A stretch of DNA of 28,226 nucleotides from Promethearchaeota archaeon (GCA_048939465.1 JBHLPL010000010.1:1-28226), one strand, 5' to 3'. Shown: positions 1 through 9,758, numbered from the stretch's first letter. The notes: generated by a model from the letters alone, not told the origin. Made by a program: numbers and translations.

Positions 1-65
1 TCTGCAGGGCTAATGGTTTTATATACTTCAGTCATTTGCAGGTTCACTCCCCGTTAGAATTACGA

Positions 66-647
66 TCAAGTTTCATTTATATCTAGAGAGGGTTCCCATA
101 AAGATACTTCTTCTCTTTTTATTTTTCTTCTCTTCCTATGCAAAAAGCGGTAAACTGAACTGTGGGGCGCCCCATCAACTATTAAGACTACAGCTTCCTT
201 TGCTATCTGAAGATTCATGGACTCGCCTATTATGGCCACTGTATGACCAAATACAGACAAGTGAGTTTTTGTAAGCTCTTCGATCACCCGTCTAGTTTTC
301 CCTTTTTCACCTATTATTCTGCCTTTGACACGCGTTAGACTGCTAGGTGAACGTCCCACGAAATCGTGTAGATTAATGATTTCCAGCATCACGTTATCAT
401 TAAGAAGTGCGAATGCATTCTTAGGACTAAAACCACGAGATATTGCTGAGATTATATATTTGGCGTTCCATACGCCGAGAGGGTCGTCCGAATCCGGCGA
501 AGATTCTATTAGAATTGTATTCTCCTTACTATCTATTTTCAGATTCGTTTTCGTCATTTCTTCTATTCTCTTCTTTATTTCACCGTTCGTCCCTATGATT
601 ACTCCAAGTCTGTTTCCTGGGACCTTCAGGAATTCTTTGGAAATCAC
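66..647 (-). CDS. dim2: KH-domain rRNA-processing protein, Dim2/Pno1 family
   Basis: Two KH GxxG motifs (GVIIGTNGEIK, GRIIGEKGKTRR) and RGFSP. GTG start overlaps the rio1 stop; conserved rio1-dim2 order. Confidence 0.92.
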   Translation of the reverse strand: MISKEFLKVPGNRLGVIIGTNGEIKKRIEEMTKTNLKIDSKENTILIESSPDSDDPLGVWNAKYIISAISRGFSPKNAFALLNDNVMLEIINLHDFVGRSPSSLTRVKGRIIGEKGKTRRVIEELTKTHLSVFGHTVAIIGESMNLQIAKEAVVLIVDGAPHSSVYRFLHRKRRKIKREEVSLWEPSLDINET

Positions 648-1432
648 TTGGTCTTTCCTCCAATAATTCTGCGGTAAACAGTTTCTGGATCGGGTAGATC
701 ATCGACAAGGGAGTGAAAATAGCGGAGAACATTTTTTATGTCTCTGAAAAGAAATTCTTGCGCCAAGGGGTGCTGTACGAGTACTGCCTGCGATACATCT
801 ATGATAACGGGCTCGTCCCAAATGAGTATATTATATTCGCTCAAATCTGCATGGACTAGTCTTGCAGTTTGATAAAGACTCCGTACGTATTTAAGTATGG
901 TACTTAGAATAGCTCTAGGATTCCTCGGTTCCTTATCTTTCAGTCTCGGAGCAGGTATTCCATCCCCACCTATGAATTCCATGACCAAAACATTTTTTCG
1001 GACTGCCACAGGTTTTGGCACTCTAACTCCCGCGTCATATGCTCTTGTTAGGTTCTTGAATTCTTTTGTGGCCCACGTATAGATAAGACTTCTTGTGTCT
1101 TTCTTCACCCTTTTGAACCTAGGATCACCCTGAACATAAACGAGCATCCTTTTGAAATCGGCTGTTGTTGTTCTGTAAATCTTGACAGCATATTCCTCCT
1201 CATCTTCCCCTTTTGCCCAGTAGACATTTGCCTCTTTTCCAGTAGATATGACGCCAAAGAGTTCATTAATTACTCCTGAGTTAATCAAATAATAAAGAGT
1301 GAGAAGTGTTGATCGATCAAATACAGCCTCGACAGCGCTAAGATCTTCACTTCGCTTTTTTCTAATACGTCTTTTATCGATTTTTGTCCTCTCAAGGCGG
1401 CCGACTGTTTCATCCACCTCTTTTCTTGGCAA
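644..1432 (-). CDS. rio1: RIO1 serine kinase
   Basis: STGKEANVY P-loop, AVKIYR, LVHADLSEYNIL catalytic loop, IIDVSQAV. TTG start. Confidence 0.95.
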   Translation of the reverse strand: MPRKEVDETVGRLERTKIDKRRIRKKRSEDLSAVEAVFDRSTLLTLYYLINSGVINELFGVISTGKEANVYWAKGEDEEEYAVKIYRTTTADFKRMLVYVQGDPRFKRVKKDTRSLIYTWATKEFKNLTRAYDAGVRVPKPVAVRKNVLVMEFIGGDGIPAPRLKDKEPRNPRAILSTILKYVRSLYQTARLVHADLSEYNILIWDEPVIIDVSQAVLVQHPLAQEFLFRDIKNVLRYFHSLVDDLPDPETVYRRIIGGKTK

Positions 1433-1447
1433 AAGAAGTTCCTCCGA

Positions 1448-1753
1448 TCATAGTTTAAGATGCCCTCTCCTCTCAAGCCATGCTACTTGACCACGGGTGT
1501 ATCTCCAAACAATGTCGCCTCGTGTTTCATATTGAAAATCCCATGGGGCCACAATAACGATATCGTTGTTTCTTATCCATGTTCGCTTGCGCATCCTTCC
1601 TGGTATTCGACAGATGCGTACCTTGCCGTCGCCGCATTTGACTTTTACCTTATCATGGCCTAATAGCTGGACAACGCTACCAAACATCTCTCCTTCCCTG
1701 GGTAGTCTTACATATCTGATCGCGGATGATTGATCTGTTTTCTTCTTAGGCAA
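1448..1753 (-). CDS. eif1a: Translation initiation factor aIF-1A
   Basis: VRLPREGEMFGSVVQLLG...RIPGRMRKRTWIR..DIVIVAPWDFQ...GDIVWRY signature. Confidence 0.95.
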   Translation of the reverse strand: MPKKKTDQSSAIRYVRLPREGEMFGSVVQLLGHDKVKVKCGDGKVRICRIPGRMRKRTWIRNNDIVIVAPWDFQYETRGDIVWRYTRGQVAWLERRGHLKL

Positions 1754-1881
1754 CTGCTCATCTCCGAAGATTAGGTGCTGTTTGTGTCTTTTAAATGTGC
1801 TGTCCTTTTGGACAAAACAGATAGGAGTTCAGAGTGTCTTTTAATACTTATAACGTATTCCAATCTAGCTAAAAAGGCGTT

Positions 1882-2994
1882 CTAATTACCCTTTGAAGAG
1901 ATATCCTTAAGGTAGTTCTCAGGAGGGAGCAGAAATATCCTATTGTTTGCTACTATTCCTCTTGTTTCCTCACTGATTCTTATGTCCCAGGAAGGCCTAG
2001 AAGTCTCAAATGTCTGAAAAGACTGCATATCCATAAGTTGAACAATATCTGGAAGGATCGTTAGGACAAGAAAGACCTTTATTTCTTCCTTGTTGAGTAT
2101 TTCGGCGTTCCAGACATCGGTTAAAGGATAAGAGATGTGCTTAAGGTTTCCCAAATTGATGCAGACGACTTTATCTCCTATAATTGATAGCACCTGATTA
2201 GGCAATCCCTCAACGATCAATATATCACTGACACCGAATGAAGGTAGCCTTAGAGAGATAACTGTTCGAAAGGTCCGCTTGCCAGATTTGTCAGTACCCA
2301 TAAGTCTGCGAGATTCACGAGAAATTCCACCAAACGTGTTTTTTACACCAAGAAGAACTTTTCGTGCTGTGCTTAAAGAGCCGAAACGCATGTTGAAGCC
2401 TCTCCTCTGCTCTTTTATCTCACAAAAAGCCGTCCTATCTTTGGGAATTCTTTCCATGACGTTATCTAGAATCGAAAGAATAGCTTTCCTTTCCCTTTCA
2501 GTAACTTTGCGTCCTTTTGCACGCACCTGCAATATTGCTACAAATCTGCTCTGGCGCAGGCTTTTGCATCTGTTACATATCGTGAAATACACATGAACCT
2601 GAGCACTTCTTTGCGCAGTATAAGCTGCCACACTCGGATCGGCTTTCCCTTTTGCGACAATCGTGACTGGAACGGATAGATGGTTTTTCTTCTCTGATTT
2701 TGCCTCGTTTGGATGAGGAATCACCTTCAGATATTCAATTTTTCCAGTCGGCTTGATGAAAGATGATGAATTCTCAATAACTGCCTTTGTAATAGCTTCT
2801 TTGCCGGTATGAGTGGATAAATCGACCCATTGTCCCTTAGATAGTGAACTCAGACATTGGGAACATATTTTGATAAGTGAAGACTCTTTCATTTCAAAAA
2901 GCGGGTGCTCTTGCTCAAAACAAGACTGGCATAGACCGTGAAAATACTCCTCTTTCGTTAGTTCGGTACCGCACTTCGCACAGAAAAGCTCCAT
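1882..2994 (-). CDS. nmd3: NMD3-family 60S/50S maturation factor
   Basis: Zn-binding CAKC/CQSC/CSQC/CNRC, AILQVR motif, and a C-terminal OB-like region (VQLMDMQSFQTFE). Confidence 0.88.
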   Translation of the reverse strand: MELFCAKCGTELTKEEYFHGLCQSCFEQEHPLFEMKESSLIKICSQCLSSLSKGQWVDLSTHTGKEAITKAVIENSSSFIKPTGKIEYLKVIPHPNEAKSEKKNHLSVPVTIVAKGKADPSVAAYTAQRSAQVHVYFTICNRCKSLRQSRFVAILQVRAKGRKVTERERKAILSILDNVMERIPKDRTAFCEIKEQRRGFNMRFGSLSTARKVLLGVKNTFGGISRESRRLMGTDKSGKRTFRTVISLRLPSFGVSDILIVEGLPNQVLSIIGDKVVCINLGNLKHISYPLTDVWNAEILNKEEIKVFLVLTILPDIVQLMDMQSFQTFETSRPSWDIRISEETRGIVANNRIFLLPPENYLKDISSKGN

Positions 2995-3021
2995 AAAAAG
3001 ACATCACTCTCTAAGAAGTTT

Positions 3022-3318
3022 CTAGACCTTAATGATTTGGGCATGGGGAATCCCACGCACCCACAATAGACAAGTTTCATGCACCAGGCCATTAGAAATT
3101 GCAAAATCAACTATTCTCTTGCCAATGATGTTTATTATCGTTGAATTACTCATGGCTTCCTTGCACTCCTCTATTGGAATCAGTCTACCTCCATAGAATT
3201 TCTCATTTATATCTAGCCGGATATTCCCTTCCGTCAGAGTCTTTCCGAGCAGATCCTCGTCACATATCGCCACCAGAACTTCTCCACGAACCTTCATAAC
3301 ACGCATATATACCTTCAT
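3022..3318 (-). CDS. DUF424 family protein; likely start ATG 3318 (ORF track extends to 3360)
   Basis: LVAICDEDLLGK, FYGG, NIIG motifs. The 3318 start removes the overlap with aIF-2beta. Confidence 0.85.
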   Translation of the reverse strand: MKVYMRVMKVRGEVLVAICDEDLLGKTLTEGNIRLDINEKFYGGRLIPIEECKEAMSNSTIINIIGKRIVDFAISNGLVHETCLLWVRGIPHAQIIKV

Positions 3319-3326
3319 GTCGATCC

Positions 3327-3749
3327 CTACAATGGTTTTAAGGATGCCCGGGCACCGCATGCTTTGCAGACCAGAAAGTGGTAGCGATCCTCTTTTCTTA
3401 TGCTGGTGTCAGGTTTTTGACATTCAGGACATATAACATACAGTTTAGTGTACCGTCCTATGAGTTCATCAAGCGTATTCCTAGCAAAACGACCTTGAAA
3501 TATAGCTTGCGTGTCCCCTAGAGATCCTGCCGTAGCCAGTTCACGGAGTAGGAATTTCAGAATGTGTTTTGGTGGTCTGTCTAATGTCTCACTGATCTCT
3601 CTGAAATTACGAATGAATGTTCTATTTCCTTCCGTAAACGAGTCAACCTTCGGTATGGTGAAACGGGAGTGCTCAAAGACCGTTGAGGGGAGAACAGATC
3701 TTGCCCTTTTTAGCATTTCTCTGTAATTATACTTGTCCAAGCAAATCAC
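3327..3749 (-). CDS. eif2b: Translation initiation factor aIF-2 beta subunit
   Basis: RFTIPK, TFIRNF, LRELATAG and the C-terminal CPEC..PDT..CKACGA Zn ribbon. Confidence 0.95.
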   Translation of the reverse strand: MICLDKYNYREMLKRARSVLPSTVFEHSRFTIPKVDSFTEGNRTFIRNFREISETLDRPPKHILKFLLRELATAGSLGDTQAIFQGRFARNTLDELIGRYTKLYVICPECQKPDTSIRKEDRYHFLVCKACGARASLKPL

Positions 3750-3751
3750 CC

Positions 3752-4495
3752 CTATGTTCTTCTATACTGACCTGGTTTGGGTTCATATATGGCTCCTTCC
3801 TTTATAAGCGACGTCAAAGCTGATTTGATATCTGCTTTGGGGAACTCCGACAACTCTTCGAATAAATCCTTGGCCGCTACACCGTCCTCTGTATATTGTT
3901 CTATTAATTCGAATAAGATTCCCTGAAGATCAGTCTTACTCTCTAATTTAGCCTCAATCTCTTCCGAACTTTCCAACTCTCCTGGCGCATAAGTATCTTT
4001 ACTGTCCCGTTCAGCTATTTCTGATTCGGTCGGTGCTGAATTAACAGGAGGGTACTCTCTTTTTGCTTCGATTATTTCAAGTTCTCGAACGAGCTCCCAG
4101 TTGGGATCAACGATTCTGCTGATTGTCTCAGGCATTATGTAAAGCTCCTCTTGATATTCACGGACCCGCCCCACTACGTCTACTATGTCTCCAATATCTA
4201 TTGATTTAACGAGTTCCGTGTCTTCTTGCCAAGTCTTTATTCGGATTACTCCTGTTCCATCATCAATTGTCAGAGTAGAATAATCTTTTTTGGTTCCATT
4301 TGATGATGTGAATTCGTTACCAGATTCGAATTTTTCAACAACTGTAGCCATAACATGGGTTCTTAATATCTTCAGTCCATATTGGGTATCCAAGAAACTA
4401 CCTTCCTTGCTCTTATGATAAGTTCCACCCAGAATGTCTGATATGTTAAGTTTGAATGCCGTTGCTCTCTTTTTGAACCTACGGTTTTTCAACAT
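3752..4495 (-). CDS. RPA2/RPA32-like ssDNA-binding OB-fold protein with C-terminal winged helix
   Basis: LTIDDGTGVIR and VDVVGRVREY OB-fold motifs, an acidic linker, and C-terminal LIKEGAIYEPKPG. Confidence 0.8.
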   Translation of the reverse strand: MLKNRRFKKRATAFKLNISDILGGTYHKSKEGSFLDTQYGLKILRTHVMATVVEKFESGNEFTSSNGTKKDYSTLTIDDGTGVIRIKTWQEDTELVKSIDIGDIVDVVGRVREYQEELYIMPETISRIVDPNWELVRELEIIEAKREYPPVNSAPTESEIAERDSKDTYAPGELESSEEIEAKLESKTDLQGILFELIEQYTEDGVAAKDLFEELSEFPKADIKSALTSLIKEGAIYEPKPGQYRRT

Positions 4496-4602
4496 CTTGT
4501 GACCACCGATTTCACAATGCCGTTTTCACAATTAAGAACTACTAGATAATAGTGACGTTCACTCAGAAAAACCTTGAGAATAAAGTGCATGCAGGAAAAT
4601 AG

Positions 4603-4609
4603 TTTAAAT
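4603..4609 (+). promoter_or_regulatory. Putative TATA box (TTTAAAT) with upstream purine-rich BRE
   Basis: GGAAAATAG-TTTAAAT about 30-35 nt upstream of the 4642 gene. Confidence 0.5.
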
Positions 4610-4641
4610 CTTAGAAAGATATAGGGATATCAGTTGACGGT

Positions 4642-5241
4642 GTGCAAAAGTTGGATAAGATTGAATATGCTCCCATCTCAATTCGTGAGTCTCTAGTTGA
4701 GATGAAGGACATAGCAGAACTTATGATTGATTTGGCATATTCTGCCGTTCTTTTCAAAGATAGAGACATAGCCGAAGAAGTCTTAGATTTGGAAGAACGC
4801 GTAGATAGGCTGGCATATTTGGTTGCTATGAACGCCATGTTGGCCGCCAGAGACGCAGAGGATGCTGAACAGCTTGAGGCTTTATTGAGGGTAGCTTCCT
4901 CCACAGACAAAATTTCTGACGCAGCAGCCGATATAGCAATAACGGTCCTTAAAGGTATAGAGGCGCATCCGTTAATCCTCAAGGCAATAAGAGGTTCTGA
5001 GGAGCCGATTACTAAAGTCAATATTGATCCGCAGTCTCAGCTATGCAAGAAGGCGCTGGGAGAATTGAGTTTGGAAACTGAAATTGGCGCAGATATTATT
5101 GCAATCAAGAGAGGGAAAAAATGGATATACGATCCTAGCGAAAAAACGAAGATTGAATCCGAAGATATTCTATTCGCTAGAGGTTCAAAGACTGGGATTA
5201 GGACCCTTTCAGCCCTAGCATCCGGAAAGGAAGGAATTTGA
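4642..5241 (+). CDS. PhoU-like + TrkA_C (RCK_C) domain protein, paralog 1
   Basis: N-terminal MKDIAELMIDLAYSA helical-bundle repeat; C-terminal LGELSLETEIGADIIAIKRG...D.LFARG. Confidence 0.85.
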   Translation: MQKLDKIEYAPISIRESLVEMKDIAELMIDLAYSAVLFKDRDIAEEVLDLEERVDRLAYLVAMNAMLAARDAEDAEQLEALLRVASSTDKISDAAADIAITVLKGIEAHPLILKAIRGSEEPITKVNIDPQSQLCKKALGELSLETEIGADIIAIKRGKKWIYDPSEKTKIESEDILFARGSKTGIRTLSALASGKEGI

Positions 5242-5855
5242 GGTGGCAAGAAATCGAAGAAAAAGATAAACTCCTCAAAATCGCTGAGTCTCTCTTTCGT
5301 ACACTAAAACAGAAGTCAGAAAAGATGGTTGATCTAGCTTTTTCTGCTCTGCTATTTGGTAGCAAGGAGATAGCAGAGGATGTCTGCGAAATGGAGGAAA
5401 GAATGGATAACCTACACGTAATGTTTGAACAGACGATCATAACGCTGGCTAGCACAGTTGAAGAGCCAAAGAAGCTTCTGAGTTTGCTTAGACTTGGCAT
5501 AGCAACTGAGAACATTGCTGATGCTGCAAAGGATATTGCGGAGGTTGTGCTTCGAGAGATAAAGCCCCATCCGGTTTTTGCCAGAATAATGTCCGAGACG
5601 GATGATACGATCACCCGCGTTGAGGTGGGCTCAGGTTCGCCGATAGTCAATCGAAACATTGGAGATTTGCGTTTGAAGGATGAAACCGGCATGAAGATAA
5701 TAGCAATTAGACGCGATAACGACTGGCTTTATAGACCGTACAAAGGCGTGAAGATTAAGGGAGGGGATATACTAATCGCAGAGGGGGCGCAAGAAGGACT
5801 GGAACTATTCGAAAGACTTGTACGCGGAGAAGAGGCAGAAGAAGAGTCGGATTAG
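5238..5855 (+). CDS. PhoU-like + TrkA_C domain protein, paralog 2
   Basis: Same architecture (MVDLAFSALLF; IGDLRLKDETGMKIIAIRR). TTG start overlaps the upstream TGA (TTGA). Confidence 0.85.
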   Translation: MRWQEIEEKDKLLKIAESLFRTLKQKSEKMVDLAFSALLFGSKEIAEDVCEMEERMDNLHVMFEQTIITLASTVEEPKKLLSLLRLGIATENIADAAKDIAEVVLREIKPHPVFARIMSETDDTITRVEVGSGSPIVNRNIGDLRLKDETGMKIIAIRRDNDWLYRPYKGVKIKGGDILIAEGAQEGLELFERLVRGEEAEEESD

Positions 5856-5929
5856 AGTGTCTTTTTTGCTGTATTATTTCTGTGTGCCCAGGACAAAAGA
5901 ATAATGTCACTACCTGCCTTTCGTTCTGG

Positions 5930-5953
5930 TATTTAGAACATATGTTCTAAATA
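5930..5953. repeat. Perfect 24-bp palindrome TATTTAGAACATATGTTCTAAATA
   Basis: Equal to its own reverse complement, read directly; intergenic. Confidence 0.9.
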
Positions 5954-6030
5954 TTATCAAAGACAGAAAGTTAGGTTTTTTTGTCGAATTTTGGCGAATA
6001 AGAGAAATCAAAATCTGCTTACTCGATACC

Positions 6031-6038
6031 TTTAAATA
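6031..6038 (+). promoter_or_regulatory. Putative TATA box of metG (TTTAAATA)
   Basis: Consensus match about 50 nt before the ATG; SD-like GTGAGGGG just before the ATG. Confidence 0.55.
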
Positions 6039-6085
6039 TATTGCTATTTATCCCCTTTTCTACCTACTAATACTTTTGTGAGGGG

Positions 6086-7786
6086 ATGAAACTATCCAAG
6101 AGAAGGATACTAGTTACCGCAGCACTTCCTTACGCGAATTATGAACTACACCTAGCACATGCCCGGAGTACCTATATTCCTGCAGACATATACGTAAGAT
6201 ATCATCGTCTAAGAGGAAATGAGGTTTACTACGTCTGTGGGACCGATGAGCACGGCACTCCGATATCGGTTGAGGCAGAGAAGGAGGGTGTTTCCCCGAA
6301 AGATATTGCGGATAAATACTACAAATCAGACTTGGAAGATTTCGAGAAACTGGGGATATCCTTTGATAATTTCTCAAGAACAACAAGCGAGATTCACTAT
6401 GAAACTGCTCAATGGTTCTTCAAAACACTTTACGACAGTGGGTACATTTATTCAAAAACCATACTCCTGCCTTACTGTGCTCACTGCGGAAGATTTCTGC
6501 CCGATCGGTTTGTTACAGGTACCTGTCCGTACTGTGGCTTCGAAGAGGCAAGAGGAGACGAGTGTGAGAACTGTGACAGAGCATTAACAGTGGGAGAGCT
6601 TCTGGATCCTCGTTGCCGTTCCTGTGGAAATCCGGCTGAGGAAAGGGAGAGTGAGCATTGGTTCTTAAGACTCTCCGCCTTTGACAATAGACTGCGTAGA
6701 TGGATAGAGGAAGAAGATCCCATATCAATCTACGGAAAGCAATACATGATAAAGCAATATCTCGACGCCGGACTGACCGATGTATGTATTAGTCGAGATC
6801 TTGACTGGGGGGTCCCTGTGCCTCTCAAGAAAGCCAAGGGGAAGGTGCTTTATGTTTGGTTTGAAAACGTGATAGATTACGTTGACAGTACTAAGGAGTT
6901 ATCGCAAAAGCTTGGTAAGCCGCGGCTTTGGGAGGACTTCTGGCTTAAGAAAGAAGATGTCAATACAGAGCTGATTCATTTCATCGGAAAAGGAATAATA
7001 TACCATCATTCTCTGCTCTGGCCTGCAATTCTGATGGGGTGTGGGTATAAGCTCCCAGATATCATCCCGACTTATGCGTATGGGAATCTCGAAGGAAAGG
7101 CAATGTCCAAAGGTAGAAGATGGTATATTCCCCTAGGAGAATTCATTGAGGACTTCGGTCCGGATTCACTACGATATTATTGGCTTATCATATCACCACT
7201 CACAGAAGATGCAGACTTCAATTGGACAGAATTTGAAAAAAGACATAACGACGAGCTTGCAGACATTTTGGGAAATTTTGTTCATCGAGCTTTGATGTTT
7301 GTGGAAAGATTCTTTGAAAAGAAAATCCCTGAAGCAGCAGAACATGATGAGTACGACCAACAAATCGAAAAACGCATCATTGAGACACAGAAAGCTGTCA
7401 GCGAAAGCATCGAAAGATTTGAGTTTAGGTCAGGACTTCTAAGCATTATGAGTCTGGTCAGAACTGGAAACAAATACTTGAATGATAAGGAGCCTTGGGC
7501 TACGATAAAAACTGACCCAGAAAAGGCGAAAAACACAATAAACATCTGCGTTCGCATCGTGAAAGCGTTAACCGTTCTGCTAGAACCATATCTACCATTT
7601 ACGGCAGAACGAATCTGGAACATGCTCAATCTTGAGGGAAATGTTCACGAGCAACAATGGAATGCAGCGCTGGAAGATGTTCCAGCAGGACATGGTATTA
7701 AGACTCCACAGCCGCTTTTTGTAAAACTTGAGAAAGATCAGATAAAGGCACAACGAAACAAAATCCTTCAAAGGCTAAAAGATTAG
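6086..7786 (+). CDS. metG: Methionyl-tRNA synthetase, short form without the C-terminal tRNA-binding domain; divergent motifs
   Basis: TAALPYAN, HLAH (HIGH), GTDEHG, four CxxC (two Zn knuckles), ISRDLDWG, AMSKG (KMSKS), FNW anticodon-binding domain. Confidence 0.9.
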   Translation: MKLSKRRILVTAALPYANYELHLAHARSTYIPADIYVRYHRLRGNEVYYVCGTDEHGTPISVEAEKEGVSPKDIADKYYKSDLEDFEKLGISFDNFSRTTSEIHYETAQWFFKTLYDSGYIYSKTILLPYCAHCGRFLPDRFVTGTCPYCGFEEARGDECENCDRALTVGELLDPRCRSCGNPAEERESEHWFLRLSAFDNRLRRWIEEEDPISIYGKQYMIKQYLDAGLTDVCISRDLDWGVPVPLKKAKGKVLYVWFENVIDYVDSTKELSQKLGKPRLWEDFWLKKEDVNTELIHFIGKGIIYHHSLLWPAILMGCGYKLPDIIPTYAYGNLEGKAMSKGRRWYIPLGEFIEDFGPDSLRYYWLIISPLTEDADFNWTEFEKRHNDELADILGNFVHRALMFVERFFEKKIPEAAEHDEYDQQIEKRIIETQKAVSESIERFEFRSGLLSIMSLVRTGNKYLNDKEPWATIKTDPEKAKNTINICVRIVKALTVLLEPYLPFTAERIWNMLNLEGNVHEQQWNAALEDVPAGHGIKTPQPLFVKLEKDQIKAQRNKILQRLKD

Positions 7787-7815
7787 GCTAAATCGGCTGA
7801 TTGAGCATCAGACCC

Positions 7816-8550
7816 CTACTGAAGCAATTGACTGCCACCATCGACATGAATTGTTTCGCCGGTAATGTAAGAAGCCTCATTCGATGCTAGAAAGACTATT
7901 ACTTTGGCTATATCTATTGGTTGCCCAACCCTCTTTAAAAGCGTCCTTTCTGTGAAATATTCTTTCTCCTCTGTACTCATTTCCCACGTGTCAACAGCAC
8001 CAGGCGACACTGCATTGACCCTGATAGGAGCAAGCTTTCTGGCCAGACCGCGAGTCAGCGGGGTGCCTGCCGCTTTGCTCAGAGTATAGCCCAATCCTCC
8101 AGGAGCATAATCCATAACAACATTCACTATATTTCCACCAGATTTCAACAAATTGGGTACGGCGAAATAAGAACATACTAGTATACCCATTATATTCGTG
8201 TGAACCATCTTCTTCCAAAGCTGCCAGTCGGGTCTGTCGAAGTCAAAAAACGGAGGCGGATGCTTGGCCGCATTATTGACCAATACATCGATTCGACCGA
8301 ATTTCTCCATTGTTTCTCTTATCATCGAGGATACTTCTTTTGGACTAGATACATCTGCTTTAAAGGAGAAGGCCTCAGCACCTAGTTTGCGAATGTTCCT
8401 TACTATTTCTTCTGCCTTATCATGAGAAGAGAGATAATTTACTGTAATGTTTGCCCCCCTCTCTGCAAATAAGAGGGCAGTTTCGCTTCCTATGCCACCA
8501 CTTGCTCCAGTTATGATTACAGACTTTCCTCTAAGACTCATTTTTATCAA
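7816..8550 (-). CDS. Short-chain dehydrogenase/reductase (FabG-like)
   Basis: TGASGGIG, VLVNNA, YTLSK, IRVNAVSPG, G.TIHVDGG. The usual catalytic-Ser segment reads VNVVMD. Confidence 0.9.
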   Translation of the reverse strand: MIKMSLRGKSVIITGASGGIGSETALLFAERGANITVNYLSSHDKAEEIVRNIRKLGAEAFSFKADVSSPKEVSSMIRETMEKFGRIDVLVNNAAKHPPPFFDFDRPDWQLWKKMVHTNIMGILVCSYFAVPNLLKSGGNIVNVVMDYAPGGLGYTLSKAAGTPLTRGLARKLAPIRVNAVSPGAVDTWEMSTEEKEYFTERTLLKRVGQPIDIAKVIVFLASNEASYITGETIHVDGGSQLLQ

Positions 8551-8610
8551 CCAACGCCATAATCACTGACTCAAGGTTCTCATTTCCTTTTAATTGAGAT
8601 CTTAAAACAA

Positions 8611-9300
8611 TCATATTCCGATGGATTTGAGATCCTTTAGGATGAAATGTGGCTCAGCATTTTGAATTTGCGTTCTGTCATGAGGCCCAGTCAGGACAGC
8701 AATAGTTAAGGCCCCCGCTTTTCTTCCAGACTTTATGTCTAGGGGGCTGTCTCCAACAACCGCACAGTTACTTGCTGCCATTCCCAATCGTTTTGCTGCT
8801 TCAAGTATTATGTCCGGAGCCGGCTTATGCTGTTTCACTTCATATCCGGTAACCACTGTGTCAAACAGTTCAACCAGATTGAAGCGTTCAAGTTCTTCCA
8901 AAGCAAATTTTCTATACTTCGTTGTGGTTACACCAAGCTTAAAATCGTGTTCCCTGAGTTTCCGAAGAAGACTATCAACACCTGAATGAAGCTTTGTGCA
9001 TTTCAGCCCATAAATAGAGTAATACTCCCTGTACTCTAAGACATACTGCCAGATTTCTTTATCTGATAAAGCGGGGATAAGAATGCCAAATATCTGTTCC
9101 AATGGCATTCCAATAACCTTGGCTACCTTGTTCCTATCATAATGGTGCTCCTTGGAGTCAAGGACCTTTGCAATGGTTTTGAAAATTGCGTCAGATGAGT
9201 CAATCAAGGTACCATCTAAATCAAACAGGAATGCTTTGATACGATATTCGAGCGCATTGTTTAAATCACTTATTTGGAGTTTCATACTTCTCCCACTCAA
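8611..9300 (-). CDS. HAD-IA hydrolase (phosphoglycolate phosphatase-like)
   Basis: FDLDGTLID, KPAPD, VVGDSPLDI motifs. Confidence 0.9.
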   Translation of the reverse strand: MSGRSMKLQISDLNNALEYRIKAFLFDLDGTLIDSSDAIFKTIAKVLDSKEHHYDRNKVAKVIGMPLEQIFGILIPALSDKEIWQYVLEYREYYSIYGLKCTKLHSGVDSLLRKLREHDFKLGVTTTKYRKFALEELERFNLVELFDTVVTGYEVKQHKPAPDIILEAAKRLGMAASNCAVVGDSPLDIKSGRKAGALTIAVLTGPHDRTQIQNAEPHFILKDLKSIGI

Positions 9301-9758
9301 GCGGATACTGCTTTGCCATATTTCTTCTTAAGCAGCCTCATCCAACTTTCGATTCCGACAGTTTTAATCTGATTGTTAGCTTCAATTATTGTTTTTTTGT
9401 AGTCCGACATGGGCTCTCTCGTTAATCTACTACACGGAAAATCTTTGCATTGATAGCAAAAATCTATATTTCTCTCAACGCAGCAGTCTCGAACTGGGCA
9501 GTCAGACCACCAAGACCACCCTCCTCCGAAACGACAACCTTTGCAAGGCTCATCTTGGGAGGCCAACCACTTCAGACCTCTTGCAAATTCGTTAAAGTTA
9601 CAGGCATCGCTTGTATCAGCAATTAGCCTCAGCGAATTGTACGTTTCGACAAATACTAGGAGATCTCTTGCTGCTTCAACTATAGTTCCTTTATGGTAAT
9701 CACAAAGGGCACAATGATACATTCCACAATAGGACAGATACTTGTATTCTTTCTTCAT
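9297..9758 (-). CDS. DUF3795 family Cys-rich protein
   Basis: YCG..C..C, CKGCR, CPVRDCC, FCYQCKDFPC pattern. Confidence 0.8.
   Translation of the reverse strand: MKKEYKYLSYCGMYHCALCDYHKGTIVEAARDLLVFVETYNSLRLIADTSDACNFNEFARGLKWLASQDEPCKGCRFGGGWSWWSDCPVRDCCVERNIDFCYQCKDFPCSRLTREPMSDYKKTIIEANNQIKTVGIESWMRLLKKKYGKAVSA

Noticed and set aside
5238-5241. Programmed -1 frameshift fusing the two PhoU-TrkA_C genes
   Set aside because: No slippery heptamer; a TTGA overlap is ordinary translational coupling.
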